From an uncultured Rickettsiales bacterium (GTDB taxonomy: Bacteria > Myxococcota_A > UBA796 > UBA9615 > CAYRNR01): a DNA stretch of 64,000 nt. The position numbers and the translations under genes are program-made. Under the pieces are notes generated by a model. It ran no database searches. It saw only the letters and a program-made list of their open reading frames with translations, and was not told the origin of the DNA. The stretch is from positions 3,047 through 67,046 of the forward strand of contig CAZITQ010000015.1 of assembly GCA_964542165.1 (NCBI GenBank), written 5' to 3'. Positions 37,590 to 46,578 of this stretch are shown one piece after another. Position 1 is the stretch's first letter; every line of letters starts with the position of its first letter.

Positions 37590-39563
37590 ATGGATGTCAT
37601 CTTCCGAAAGATGCCCTTCGCTCACCCGCCAGAGCCGGGCGAAGGGGAGCTTCTACTGTGTCCCGAGCCCCGTCATGCCGACCGGCGGCGCGCCCTTTCC
37701 CGCTTGATCGTCGAACGCGGCGTGGAGACGTTGCTCGAGGGACCGGGGCAGATTCGCGCACTGGTCGTGGCCTGCTACCCGACCCTGGATGACATGCTGG
37801 CTTGCGAACTCGCCCAGCGGTGTCTGGCGGGCGGGGACAACCCCGCGGGGATAGCTCCCTTCACGACCTACGCCGCCCTTCTTCGGGAGGGACACACTCC
37901 CGACGGCGTTCCTGCCCTGAACTCATTGCAAGGCGTGTTTCAGGCCATCTCCTCTCTACATCCACCCGAGGCGGACGATCCGGACAGCTGGCCCCCCTTC
38001 CTGGAGGCCTGGGCTCCCCTGGCGGAGGCCCTGTTCCAGGGGGCCGAGACGGGGGCGGATCCGTTTCACGACGATCTGGTCTCCAGCCATCCGGAGTTGC
38101 AGCGGGCCCTCGCGTTCCTCGCCCAGGACAAGGACGTGTTCCTCCAGGACGTGGCCCGCGGCGAGCGTGTCACCGGGCGGCTCCCCGGCATCGATGGGGA
38201 CGCCACGGCCCTCTTCCTCCGGGAGCCCCGCAGCGCCTTGTTCAAGCTCTGGAGCCGGCGGGAACCCGAGCCCCGTGGAGGAAGTCCGGTCACGCTCCTG
38301 GGCGTCAGCTGGCGCGCGGGACAGTGGACGTTCTCGACGGATCCCGCCCGGAAGATCCCGCTGCTGGAACTTCATGCACGGCTCCAGGAGGCGGAAGACC
38401 TGGCCACCTCCGAGGGCGAGGAGTACCAGGAGTGGTTCGACGGCGCTCCTTTCGACCACACCCTCCTCTCTGGGCCGGAGGACGGCTCGCGGATGGACGA
38501 CGACGCGATCCTGGCTGTGGCACGGGCGTGGCTCGCTCCACCGAGGGAGCAGCCGCGATTTGCCCCACACGGACTGCTCGCAGCCGCCGGCCTCGCGGGC
38601 CTCGCTCTCCTGGTCGGCCTCGCGATCTGGCGACCCTGGAGCGAACCGGATATGCCCCCCGAGCCCGATCCACCCGTGGAGGAGACCCAACCCCTTGGAG
38701 CGGAACCGGTGGATGAGTTCGGGGGGGTCCGAGGGGCTCGTCGGGCGGACGGGAAGACGTCGCCCGAGTTGGGCATCGTCGAGTACGGCAAACAGTACCT
38801 TCTGTTGATCGGCATCAGCGACTACCCGGAGGACAGCGAGTGGTGGGACCTGAAGGGGGTGAGCGCGGACCGGCGGGCTCTCCACAAGGTGCTGACCGAG
38901 CGTTACGTCTTCGACGAGGTAGTCCAGCTCTACGACGAGAGCGCGACCCTGGACGACATCTCCGGAGAGCTCGAGAGGCTAGCCACCCTCACGGGCAACG
39001 AGAACGACAGCCTCCTGATCTACTTCGCCGGGCACGGCTACCACGACCGAATCGCCCAAACCAGCTACTGGATTCCGCACGACGGCGGCCCTGTCTCGTC
39101 CGAGGCCAAGGGCTGGTTGTCCCACGACAAGGTTCAGGGGTACCTGGACACGATGGCGTTCCGTCACGTGTTCGTGATCAGTGACGCTTGCTTCTCGGGC
39201 GTGTTCGTCAAGAAGGGCCGCCAACTCCACGAGCGGACACCGCATGCCCTGGTCGAGGCGTACGGGAAGCGGGCTCGCCAGGCGCTTCTCTCGGGGCTCG
39301 ACGAGCCCGTCGCCGACGCCGATTCCGGGGGTCTGAGCCCCTTCGCCCGCCCCCTGGTGAGCATCCTGCGCGGTCACGGAGGTCGGGTGCTCGACGCGCG
39401 GGACGTGGGCCATCACGTGCGCAAGGCGATGGAGGAGGCGGAGGTACGGCAGACGCCGTTGTTCGACGAGATCCCCAACACCAACCACCTCGACGGCGCC
39501 ACCTACCTCTTCATCCGCCAGGCCCCGGAGGGAGCCTCCCCGCCCGAAGACCTGCACGAGTGA
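37590..39563 (+). CDS. Membrane-anchored caspase-like (peptidase C14) protein with ~325-aa orphan N-terminal domain
   Basis: C-terminal domain reads KQYLLLIGISDY...SLLIYFAGHGYHD...HVFVISDACFSGVF, with the His/Cys dyad in canonical contexts. Single hydrophobic helix GLLAAAGLAGLALLVGLAIW at about residues 328-347. The N-terminal region has no motif I recognise. Confidence 0.8.
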   Translation: MDVIFRKMPFAHPPEPGEGELLLCPEPRHADRRRALSRLIVERGVETLLEGPGQIRALVVACYPTLDDMLACELAQRCLAGGDNPAGIAPFTTYAALLREGHTPDGVPALNSLQGVFQAISSLHPPEADDPDSWPPFLEAWAPLAEALFQGAETGADPFHDDLVSSHPELQRALAFLAQDKDVFLQDVARGERVTGRLPGIDGDATALFLREPRSALFKLWSRREPEPRGGSPVTLLGVSWRAGQWTFSTDPARKIPLLELHARLQEAEDLATSEGEEYQEWFDGAPFDHTLLSGPEDGSRMDDDAILAVARAWLAPPREQPRFAPHGLLAAAGLAGLALLVGLAIWRPWSEPDMPPEPDPPVEETQPLGAEPVDEFGGVRGARRADGKTSPELGIVEYGKQYLLLIGISDYPEDSEWWDLKGVSADRRALHKVLTERYVFDEVVQLYDESATLDDISGELERLATLTGNENDSLLIYFAGHGYHDRIAQTSYWIPHDGGPVSSEAKGWLSHDKVQGYLDTMAFRHVFVISDACFSGVFVKKGRQLHERTPHALVEAYGKRARQALLSGLDEPVADADSGGLSPFARPLVSILRGHGGRVLDARDVGHHVRKAMEEAEVRQTPLFDEIPNTNHLDGATYLFIRQAPEGASPPEDLHE

Positions 39564-39636
39564 TCCGGAGGCGGACCGGACTGCCCTCGGAGGGATTGGG
39601 GTATGCTCCTCGGGGCAGACCCAGGGGGCGCGGCAG

Positions 39637-42123
39637 GTGACCACGGACCGGACCATCGACCTCACGGTCAGGCGGGGATTCCCCCAGCCAATCGCCGGTG
39701 CCTGGCACCGGGTCGCGGTGGCCTCCTCGGACGCGGAGCGGATGCGGCACGCCACGGCCGCGCTCGAGGTAATCCTCCGGACGCTGTCGTCGATGGCGCT
39801 GGCCGACTACCTGCGGGGAGGGCCCGTTCCCCGGGTAGAAGAGGCTCTGGCGCCTCTGTCTCGACCGTCCCTGGGCCACTGGGCCCAGCTCCTGCGGGTG
39901 CTGATCCATGCCCTCGGGGATCGCAACGAACCACAACCGTTCCTCCCCGACCTCGTCGGGTGGTACCGGACGCCCACGGGCCGGCCCACCGCCGAGGCGC
40001 GACGGATCGACGACCTGATCGCGTTGCGCAACCGTGTGGCCCACGACGGACCGTCCACCAGCCCCGAGGACACCGCGGCACAACTGAAGCACCTGATGGA
40101 GGAGAGCCGAGCCCTCCTCAGGGGTCTGCGTTGGCTCGCGGGGTACCGACTCGTTCGCGTCCTGAGCCAGCAACCCCTGCGACAGGGGGGGACCGAGGGC
40201 AAGATCCAGGTGTATGCGGGGGCCGAAGCGCTTCCGGAACCGCGCAAGGTCCGCTGGGACGCCCGGCTGATCCATCAGGTCGTGTACCTGGTCGAACCCG
40301 GCGGCAGGGAGGCGCTGGAGGTCTGCCCGTTCCTGCAGGTCCTCCACGACGAGGCGACACGCCAGGAACGCCTGTTCCTGCTGAGAAAGGTACGTCGCGG
40401 CAAGGAGATCGAGCTCGTCTCCGACGCGACCGGAGCCCGGACCGTCGGCGGCGTGCCCGGAGACGACGGACAGATCCCGTTCGACCGCTGGCTGGACATG
40501 CGCAGCGAGATCGACCTCTGGCAGCCCAACGCCGCTCCCGACGGCGGACTCGCTGCTCCCGAATGGGCCGTGGACGCCTCGTCCAACGAGCTTCTCGACG
40601 ATCGATTCGAGGTCCTGGAACTCCTCGGTGAGGGGGGGATGTCCCAGGTCTACCGGGTCCGCGATCGCTGGTTCGACGACGAGGTCGCCCTCAAGATCCT
40701 CCGCTCGGCCCTCTCCGACGACGAGGCGTTCCGCGAGCGCTTCCGCCGGGAGGCTCGAACCATGGCGGGCCTCCAGCACGAACACGTGCTGGCGTTGCAG
40801 GACGTGGGGCAGCTCGGCGACGGTCGCCAGTTCCTGCGCATGCCCGTGGTTCCCGGCGGGACCCTCGAAGACCGGATCCGGCCCGGTGGTGTCGGGGAAT
40901 CCGAGGTACGCGAGCTGGCGAGCCAGATGCTGGCCGCACTCGAGTACCTCCACGGTCGGGGGATCATCCACCGGGACGTCAAGCCCTCGAACTTCCTGCT
41001 CGACACCAACGGGGGCATCAAGCTCGCCGACTTCGGGATCGCCCTGGGGCCGGACGACCTGAGGCTCACGCGTACCCTGGAGCGTCTGGGCTCGCTGGCG
41101 TACGCGTCGCCAGAACAGAGGCTCGGCAAGGCCCTGTCGGATCGGTCGGACGTGTACAGCCTCTCGGTGGTCCTGCACGCCCTGGTGACCGGCGAGGAGG
41201 CCACGGACCAGCCAGGGGAGGCGCTCGAGGGAGAGCTGGGAGAGCTGATCCGCCGGATGGCCTCCCGTGCCCCGTCGAAACGCCCCTCGGCTCGCGAGGC
41301 TCGCTTGTTGCTCACGGAGGATCTGGAGTTCGAGGGCCCGGAAAAGCGCTCCCCGTCCCATCCGGCCGTCTCCGATCCACGCGGGGGGACAGCCAACGAA
41401 GCCGTAGGCGCGTCCACCGGGCCTGCGGGACGCTCAGCCCGTCGTCGCTCGCTGGGGTGGGTCGTTGTTATCGCCGCCACCGTGGCGCTGGTGGTCGCCG
41501 CGATCGTTGGTCCCCGCGGGCGCAACCGGACCGAAACCAGCCCCATCAACGACGAGGAGGCCGCGGCCATCTCGGAGGGGGCCCCCTGGACCCTGACCTT
41601 CCATATGGCGGAGGTGGGCAGCAGGGAGCTTCGCGCCCTCTCGCCGGGCGGTGAGAACACCGTTGAGAAGCCCAACTGGACCGGCCACTTCGTGGACCTC
41701 GAGGATTCCCAGGGCCAGCGGCTCTCCCTGCGGCCGCGCCCGGAGCTAGCGGGGGCGCCGTCGCTGTGGCTCGGCGACGACGAGGTGCATCTCCACTGGT
41801 GTCGCTGCATAGACGGCTGTGAGGCCGGCGAGGAAACGTCCTGCTATGACTTGATGGCGCAGATCCGTGTCGAGGTCGTCGCGTCCAGAATGGAGGCGCC
41901 CCAGCTCGAACCCGCCCTCGGGGTGGGCGAGCTCGTCCTCCTGGAGCGGGAGCAGGTGCGGACCCTGCCCGGGGAAACGACGAGCGAGAACGTCACGAAT
42001 GTCGCACCGCGGGGTACGCACCGTCTGAGGGCGCTGGTCGGGTGTGTCGATCCGGTTGTCGCGACCGCTGGGAACTGTGAAGCCCCAGGCCACACCATCG
42101 AACTCGACTGGAGCGTGCCGTGA
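39637..42123 (+). CDS. Transmembrane Hanks-type Ser/Thr kinase with N-terminal helical RNxxxH (HEPN-like) domain and extracytoplasmic C-terminal domain
   Basis: GTG start. Kinase motifs GEGGMSQVY, VALKIL, HRDVKPSN, DFGIA, SPEQ at about residues 324-580. TM helix LGWVVVIAATVALVVAAIVG at about 606-625. The N-terminal four-helix-like region contains LRNRVAHDG (codons 40027-40044). Confidence 0.85.
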   Translation: MTTDRTIDLTVRRGFPQPIAGAWHRVAVASSDAERMRHATAALEVILRTLSSMALADYLRGGPVPRVEEALAPLSRPSLGHWAQLLRVLIHALGDRNEPQPFLPDLVGWYRTPTGRPTAEARRIDDLIALRNRVAHDGPSTSPEDTAAQLKHLMEESRALLRGLRWLAGYRLVRVLSQQPLRQGGTEGKIQVYAGAEALPEPRKVRWDARLIHQVVYLVEPGGREALEVCPFLQVLHDEATRQERLFLLRKVRRGKEIELVSDATGARTVGGVPGDDGQIPFDRWLDMRSEIDLWQPNAAPDGGLAAPEWAVDASSNELLDDRFEVLELLGEGGMSQVYRVRDRWFDDEVALKILRSALSDDEAFRERFRREARTMAGLQHEHVLALQDVGQLGDGRQFLRMPVVPGGTLEDRIRPGGVGESEVRELASQMLAALEYLHGRGIIHRDVKPSNFLLDTNGGIKLADFGIALGPDDLRLTRTLERLGSLAYASPEQRLGKALSDRSDVYSLSVVLHALVTGEEATDQPGEALEGELGELIRRMASRAPSKRPSAREARLLLTEDLEFEGPEKRSPSHPAVSDPRGGTANEAVGASTGPAGRSARRRSLGWVVVIAATVALVVAAIVGPRGRNRTETSPINDEEAAAISEGAPWTLTFHMAEVGSRELRALSPGGENTVEKPNWTGHFVDLEDSQGQRLSLRPRPELAGAPSLWLGDDEVHLHWCRCIDGCEAGEETSCYDLMAQIRVEVVASRMEAPQLEPALGVGELVLLEREQVRTLPGETTSENVTNVAPRGTHRLRALVGCVDPVVATAGNCEAPGHTIELDWSVP

Positions 42124-45100
42124 GATCCGCGGTCGGCGCCCTCTACCTCGCACTGCTCGCCGTGGTTCTGGTGATGGCGGACGATGCGGTCGCCGAGGAC
42201 CTCGACGGGGACACAGTGGACGACAGCGAGGACGCCTGCCCCCCCGGATCGGGTACCCACGGAGATACCGTGAAGTTCAACGGCTGCCCCGGAAAGGCGG
42301 TCTACCGGGCGGCATCGCTCGCGAAGGATTTTCCCCGGGCGAGGGTGAGCGTCCGCGGCGAGTCGCCCAAGCCGGCGGCCGTTGGGGTGGGCCTTGACCC
42401 GGCCAAGCCCGGAGAGGCCCGCCGAATCCGCTTCCACGCCTTTCTCGACGAGGGGGATCACTCCCGGCGCTGGTCCGCCGCCGAGCTGGCCGGGCCTCGA
42501 TATCGCGAAGGGGGGATCGAGCTGGACTTCAAGCCGGCGGCCCCGCCGGAACACATCGTGGTGATCGTCGACGGCGGCGGTGCAGAGGTGACCGTCGACG
42601 GCGAACCCGCAGTCGACCTGACCCGAGGAGGACGGGGTGTGCGGCACACCCGTGCCGGGGGGGAGAGGCGCCTCGACGTGGCCGTGGCGACACCGGATGG
42701 CGAGGCCACCTGTGCGGTGGAGCTGGAGCGCGGCTCAGCCAGGCGCCTCGAGGGGCAGTGCCTGCTGTCCTGGGGCGGACGGGCCGACGAGCTGGAGGTC
42801 CGATTCTCGCCCCAGATGCTCGAGGGATCTCATGTCTCGATGGACCGGCTCCGGGAATACGACGAGGAACTCGACAACAGTCCACAAGTGACCTACGTCG
42901 TCACGGTTCAGGCCCTGTGGGCCCCGGAGGACGACTCGGCTCCCGCACGGGCCCAGGCCGAGGAACTCGCCGCGCAGGGTTGCACCGCTGCGGAGGGGCT
43001 CGGGGGCATGTTGGGCCAGTGGTGGGAGGCACGTCGGCAGCGCGAGAATCTGATCCAGGAGCGGGCAGCACTGCTCAAGGAACGCAAGCAGTCCTTCGGC
43101 GATTCCGCCTCGTCGATCATGCTCGAGGTCGGATTCGAATCGGACGTCCAGCCCTTCGACGTGCCAGGCTGGCCCCCGGCATGGGCTCGGAGCGGGGCTC
43201 GGAGCGGCGAGCTGGCGGCATTCCACCGGTTGCGGATCGAACGCGCGTACTCCGAGGACGTCCAAGTCATCCGCAACACGTACTCCGCGGCAACGTGGGA
43301 GGCCTCCTCGGGTCTCGCGAATCTCCGGGCAGAACTCCTTCCCCGGTTGCGGGACGCGGCGGAGTGCTCGCCGTCCGCCGCCGACGCTCCGCTGCTCCTC
43401 GAGCTCATGTCGATGCAGCTGGACCAGGCGGACGAGGACTGGTTGGAGGCCTATGACGCGTACGGTGAGCTCGAAGATGCGTTCGATCGTGGGGATATCG
43501 ATACCCTTCCGGAACCGCCCGGGAGGGACTACAGCGCTCTGATCGCGACCGGCGAACGCCTGGTCTCCCTGGAACCCGCCCCCGTCCGCGAGCTCCCCGA
43601 GGCGCTGTGGCTCCTGAGCTTCGCCTATCACGACTCGTTGAGTGACCAGTGGGAGTCGGGCGACGAACGAGCGCTGACGTACTATGAGCGGCTGGCGGCC
43701 CTCGATGGGCCTTCGCACCTGGTCGATGGAGGGCACTTCCTCGCCGGAGACCTGCACTTCGATTCGTATCGCTGGGACGAGGCGATCTCCCACTACGATG
43801 GGATCTTGGACGAACGCGAGTTCGGCCCGTACTTCGAACGGGCGCTGTACAAGAGGGCGTGGGCCAAACTGCGGTTGGGACGGCTCGACGAGGCCGTCGC
43901 GGATTTCGTCGCACTGCACGACCACGCCGAGCAGGCGAGGCTGGCCACCGGCCGGACGACGTTCTGGCAGGGCGAGGCCGAGCGGGCGCTGGCGCTCCTC
44001 CTGTACGAACGAGCGGAGACTCGGTCGGACGCGGCGGGTGAAGCGTTCGCGGAACTCGATCCCGAGACCATGCCTTATGCCGTGGACGTGGCCCAGGAGC
44101 TGGTGGCGCTGTACCTGAAGCTCGGCCGCCGGGAGGCCGCCCTGGCGGGGGAACGCTGGCTCCTGAGCGCGGCGGCGCTGGCTCCCGAGGCGCCGGCGCG
44201 TCAGCGGCGGATCCTGGAGCTGCTCCGGGGCGCCGAGAGCCCTGACGAAGCACAGATCACCCGCGCCATCGAAGGGCTCTGTCTCGACTACCGGCGAGGC
44301 GGCGCCTGGTGGGACGCGAACCGCGGACGGCGGGACGCGGTCGCCGACGCGCAGACCTGGGACAGCCCGGGAACGGATCCGTGCGGTCCGTTGATCCGGG
44401 CGAGGGACGAGGACGAGCGCGCCGAGGCCTACGCACGCGCGGCGGAGTTCCAGGAGGCCCTGCGACATCGGCAACCCCTGGAATCTGCCGCCACGCTCCG
44501 GGCGAGGCGCGTCGAAGCCCTCGTGACGGCGGGCGAGTGGTTCCTCGCCGCCGGGGAGGCACAGGTCCTGGTCGACCGCTCGAACTCGCGGGACGACCTG
44601 GCGGGCAGCCTGGCCCTGCTGGTGCAGGCCCTCCGTGAACCGGCAAGGGAGGAGGTCCGACGGCTGAGGGCCGAAGGGGGGCCGCTCCGGGAATGCGTGG
44701 CGCGCCCGGGACGGCCTGCGGAGTGTCCGTCGGCCGCACCGATGTCGGAACACGCGTATCGCTTCGTGGGTGCAGTCGAGGGGCTCTTGCAACTCCCGCA
44801 ACGGGACCTGCTGCGCGCCCCCGACCACCTGCTCGCGGGCGAGCTGTACCTTCACCACCGGTTGCTCGACGAGGCGCACACGGTCTTCGCGGACCTGGGT
44901 GGCTCGCCCAGCATCGAGGGCATACTCGCGGACGTATATCTGGGCTACGTCCTGTGGATCGCCGGGGACCTTCCACGACTGTACGACCATTGCCGCATGG
45001 CCCTCGAACGCGGCGAGGGCGCGCTCCGTACCGACGACGTGTGGACCGCCGCGCGAGGCGAGATCGCGAGGCTGATGTTCGCGGTCGAGTTGGCCGCCGA

Positions 45101-45542
45101 GGGGGCCGTGGGCACTCCGGATGCGGGATGGGCGTTCGAGGTCCTCGCCCGCCGCTACGGTGCCCTCCACCTCGACGCCACGAGGGCCGTGGTCGTCCTG
45201 GAGGCGCCCCCCGCGCTCCGAGGACGTATCGACACGTACTGGGATGGCCACCCGCTCGCGGGAGACCCCCGCGAGGAGGGACCGTCCGTACGGCTCTTCG
45301 AGGGGGCAACGACCCCGGGGAGCCACACCCTCGCGCTCCAGCTGGATCGGGGCAGCGACAGGATCCAGGCGCCCTACTCGTTCATCTGCGAGGAGGGAGG
45401 GATGACGGTGATCCGGATCCAGGCCACACCTTCCGGTTTCACCTTCCTCGTGGAGTCCGTCCGGGTCGAGGACTTCTACGGCGGGGATCTGGATCCGGAG
45501 ACCCGGGAACTCGCGGCCCCCTTCTTCGAGGGCCTGCTGTAG
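42120..45542 (+). CDS. Large secreted TPR-like repeat protein with thrombospondin-type-3-like acidic motif
   Basis: The GTG start overlaps the kinase stop as GTGA. Signal peptide MRSAVGALYLALLAVVLVMA. Acidic motif DLDGDTVDDSEDACP. TPR-like helices (e.g. YFERALYKRAWAKLRLGRLDEAVADF). Beta-rich C-terminal end. Confidence 0.7.
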   Translation: MRSAVGALYLALLAVVLVMADDAVAEDLDGDTVDDSEDACPPGSGTHGDTVKFNGCPGKAVYRAASLAKDFPRARVSVRGESPKPAAVGVGLDPAKPGEARRIRFHAFLDEGDHSRRWSAAELAGPRYREGGIELDFKPAAPPEHIVVIVDGGGAEVTVDGEPAVDLTRGGRGVRHTRAGGERRLDVAVATPDGEATCAVELERGSARRLEGQCLLSWGGRADELEVRFSPQMLEGSHVSMDRLREYDEELDNSPQVTYVVTVQALWAPEDDSAPARAQAEELAAQGCTAAEGLGGMLGQWWEARRQRENLIQERAALLKERKQSFGDSASSIMLEVGFESDVQPFDVPGWPPAWARSGARSGELAAFHRLRIERAYSEDVQVIRNTYSAATWEASSGLANLRAELLPRLRDAAECSPSAADAPLLLELMSMQLDQADEDWLEAYDAYGELEDAFDRGDIDTLPEPPGRDYSALIATGERLVSLEPAPVRELPEALWLLSFAYHDSLSDQWESGDERALTYYERLAALDGPSHLVDGGHFLAGDLHFDSYRWDEAISHYDGILDEREFGPYFERALYKRAWAKLRLGRLDEAVADFVALHDHAEQARLATGRTTFWQGEAERALALLLYERAETRSDAAGEAFAELDPETMPYAVDVAQELVALYLKLGRREAALAGERWLLSAAALAPEAPARQRRILELLRGAESPDEAQITRAIEGLCLDYRRGGAWWDANRGRRDAVADAQTWDSPGTDPCGPLIRARDEDERAEAYARAAEFQEALRHRQPLESAATLRARRVEALVTAGEWFLAAGEAQVLVDRSNSRDDLAGSLALLVQALREPAREEVRRLRAEGGPLRECVARPGRPAECPSAAPMSEHAYRFVGAVEGLLQLPQRDLLRAPDHLLAGELYLHHRLLDEAHTVFADLGGSPSIEGILADVYLGYVLWIAGDLPRLYDHCRMALERGEGALRTDDVWTAARGEIARLMFAVELAAEGAVGTPDAGWAFEVLARRYGALHLDATRAVVVLEAPPALRGRIDTYWDGHPLAGDPREEGPSVRLFEGATTPGSHTLALQLDRGSDRIQAPYSFICEEGGMTVIRIQATPSGFTFLVESVRVEDFYGGDLDPETRELAAPFFEGLL

Positions 45543-45597
45543 AGCGAACTCCAGGCCGGAGTGGAAGGTCGCCCGGAGGCGCGCCATAGTGGTGGGC

Positions 45598-46359
45598 ATG
45601 AGCCGGATGCCGCTGAGTGTGACCATCGTCGCCCAGGACGAGGAGGACCGTCTGGGGGCCGCGATCCGGTCGGTGGCGTGGGCGGACGAGGTGCTGGTGG
45701 TCGATGGGGGGAGCCGGGACCGGACCCGGGAGGTGGCGGGGGAGCTGGGCGCGCGGGTGGTGGAGCATCCATGGGCCGGGTACGCGGCGCAGAAGAACGT
45801 GGCGATGGAGGCGGCGACCCACGACTGGGTGTTCGGGTTGGACGCGGACGAGCGGGTGAGTCCGGAGCTGGCGGCCGGCATCGAAGGGGTCCTGGCGGCG
45901 CCGGGGGACCGGGTGGCCTTCGAGTGCAATCGGCGCAATCACTACCTGGGGCGGCCCGTGCGGTGGTGCGGCTGGTATCCGGACCGGCGGGTCCGGCTCT
46001 TCGATCGGCGATCCGGGAGGTGGATCGGGCCGGATCCCCACGACACGGTGCACGCCGAGGGGCCCGTGGGACGGCTGGACGGGGATCTGCTGCACGACTC
46101 CTACCGCAGCGTCGAGGACCACCGGCGGTCCATCGGCCGGCTGTCCGAGAGCTGGGCCGTGGGGCAGGCGGAGCGCGGTCGCCGGACGGGACCGTGGGAC
46201 CTGACGCTGCGGCCTGCGGGGCACTTCCTCAAGAACTACCTGCTTCGGCTGGGGTTCCTGGAGGGGTACCGCGGGGTGCTCATCTGCTCCATGGGCGCGT
46301 ACCACGTGTACCGCAAATACGACGCTCTCCGGCGGCGACGGCGGATCGCGGCCCCCTGA
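45598..46359 (+). CDS. Family 2 glycosyltransferase (LPS-core WaaE/KdtX-like)
   Basis: LSVTIVAQDEEDRLGAAIRSV...VLVVDGGSRDRT...GLDADE (DxD) motif arrangement of small GT2 enzymes. ATG 45598 chosen; the track ORF begins at GTG 45589. Confidence 0.8.
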   Translation: MSRMPLSVTIVAQDEEDRLGAAIRSVAWADEVLVVDGGSRDRTREVAGELGARVVEHPWAGYAAQKNVAMEAATHDWVFGLDADERVSPELAAGIEGVLAAPGDRVAFECNRRNHYLGRPVRWCGWYPDRRVRLFDRRSGRWIGPDPHDTVHAEGPVGRLDGDLLHDSYRSVEDHRRSIGRLSESWAVGQAERGRRTGPWDLTLRPAGHFLKNYLLRLGFLEGYRGVLICSMGAYHVYRKYDALRRRRRIAAP

Positions 46360-46578
46360 CCCGCGGACGGGCCGCTGGTCGCTGCGCGCAGCGCCTGCGC
46401 GCGCGCCTTTCGCCCGCAGGCGCCCCTTGCCCCTCCCCCCGATCGTGAGCATGAAGCGATAGGGAGCCCGGAATAGGGCGCTTGCACGCGGGTCCTGGAA
46501 CCTGGTACGTAGGTTTTCCGGCGGGGTAGGAAGGGACGCGCAGCGCCCCTGGCCCACCGCACGAGGCGAGGAGAATCG

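Noticed and set aside
37284-45542. tRNA-Cys-associated genomic island carrying the caspase/kinase operon
   Set aside because: There is no integrase, no visible direct repeat of the tRNA 3' end, and no compositional shift visible by eye. The operon also lies on the 5' side of the minus-strand tRNA, whereas islands normally abut the 3' end. Horizontal origin cannot be excluded, but it is not supported here.
42735-45938. 1067-aa minus-strand ORF; similarly 45439-47571 (710 aa) and 60842-62815 (657 aa)
   Set aside because: These are antisense to the TPR protein, GT2/exbB and GltE-like genes respectively. Their composition is low-complexity and Arg/Pro/Gly-dominated, while the sense frames carry signal peptides and recognisable motifs.
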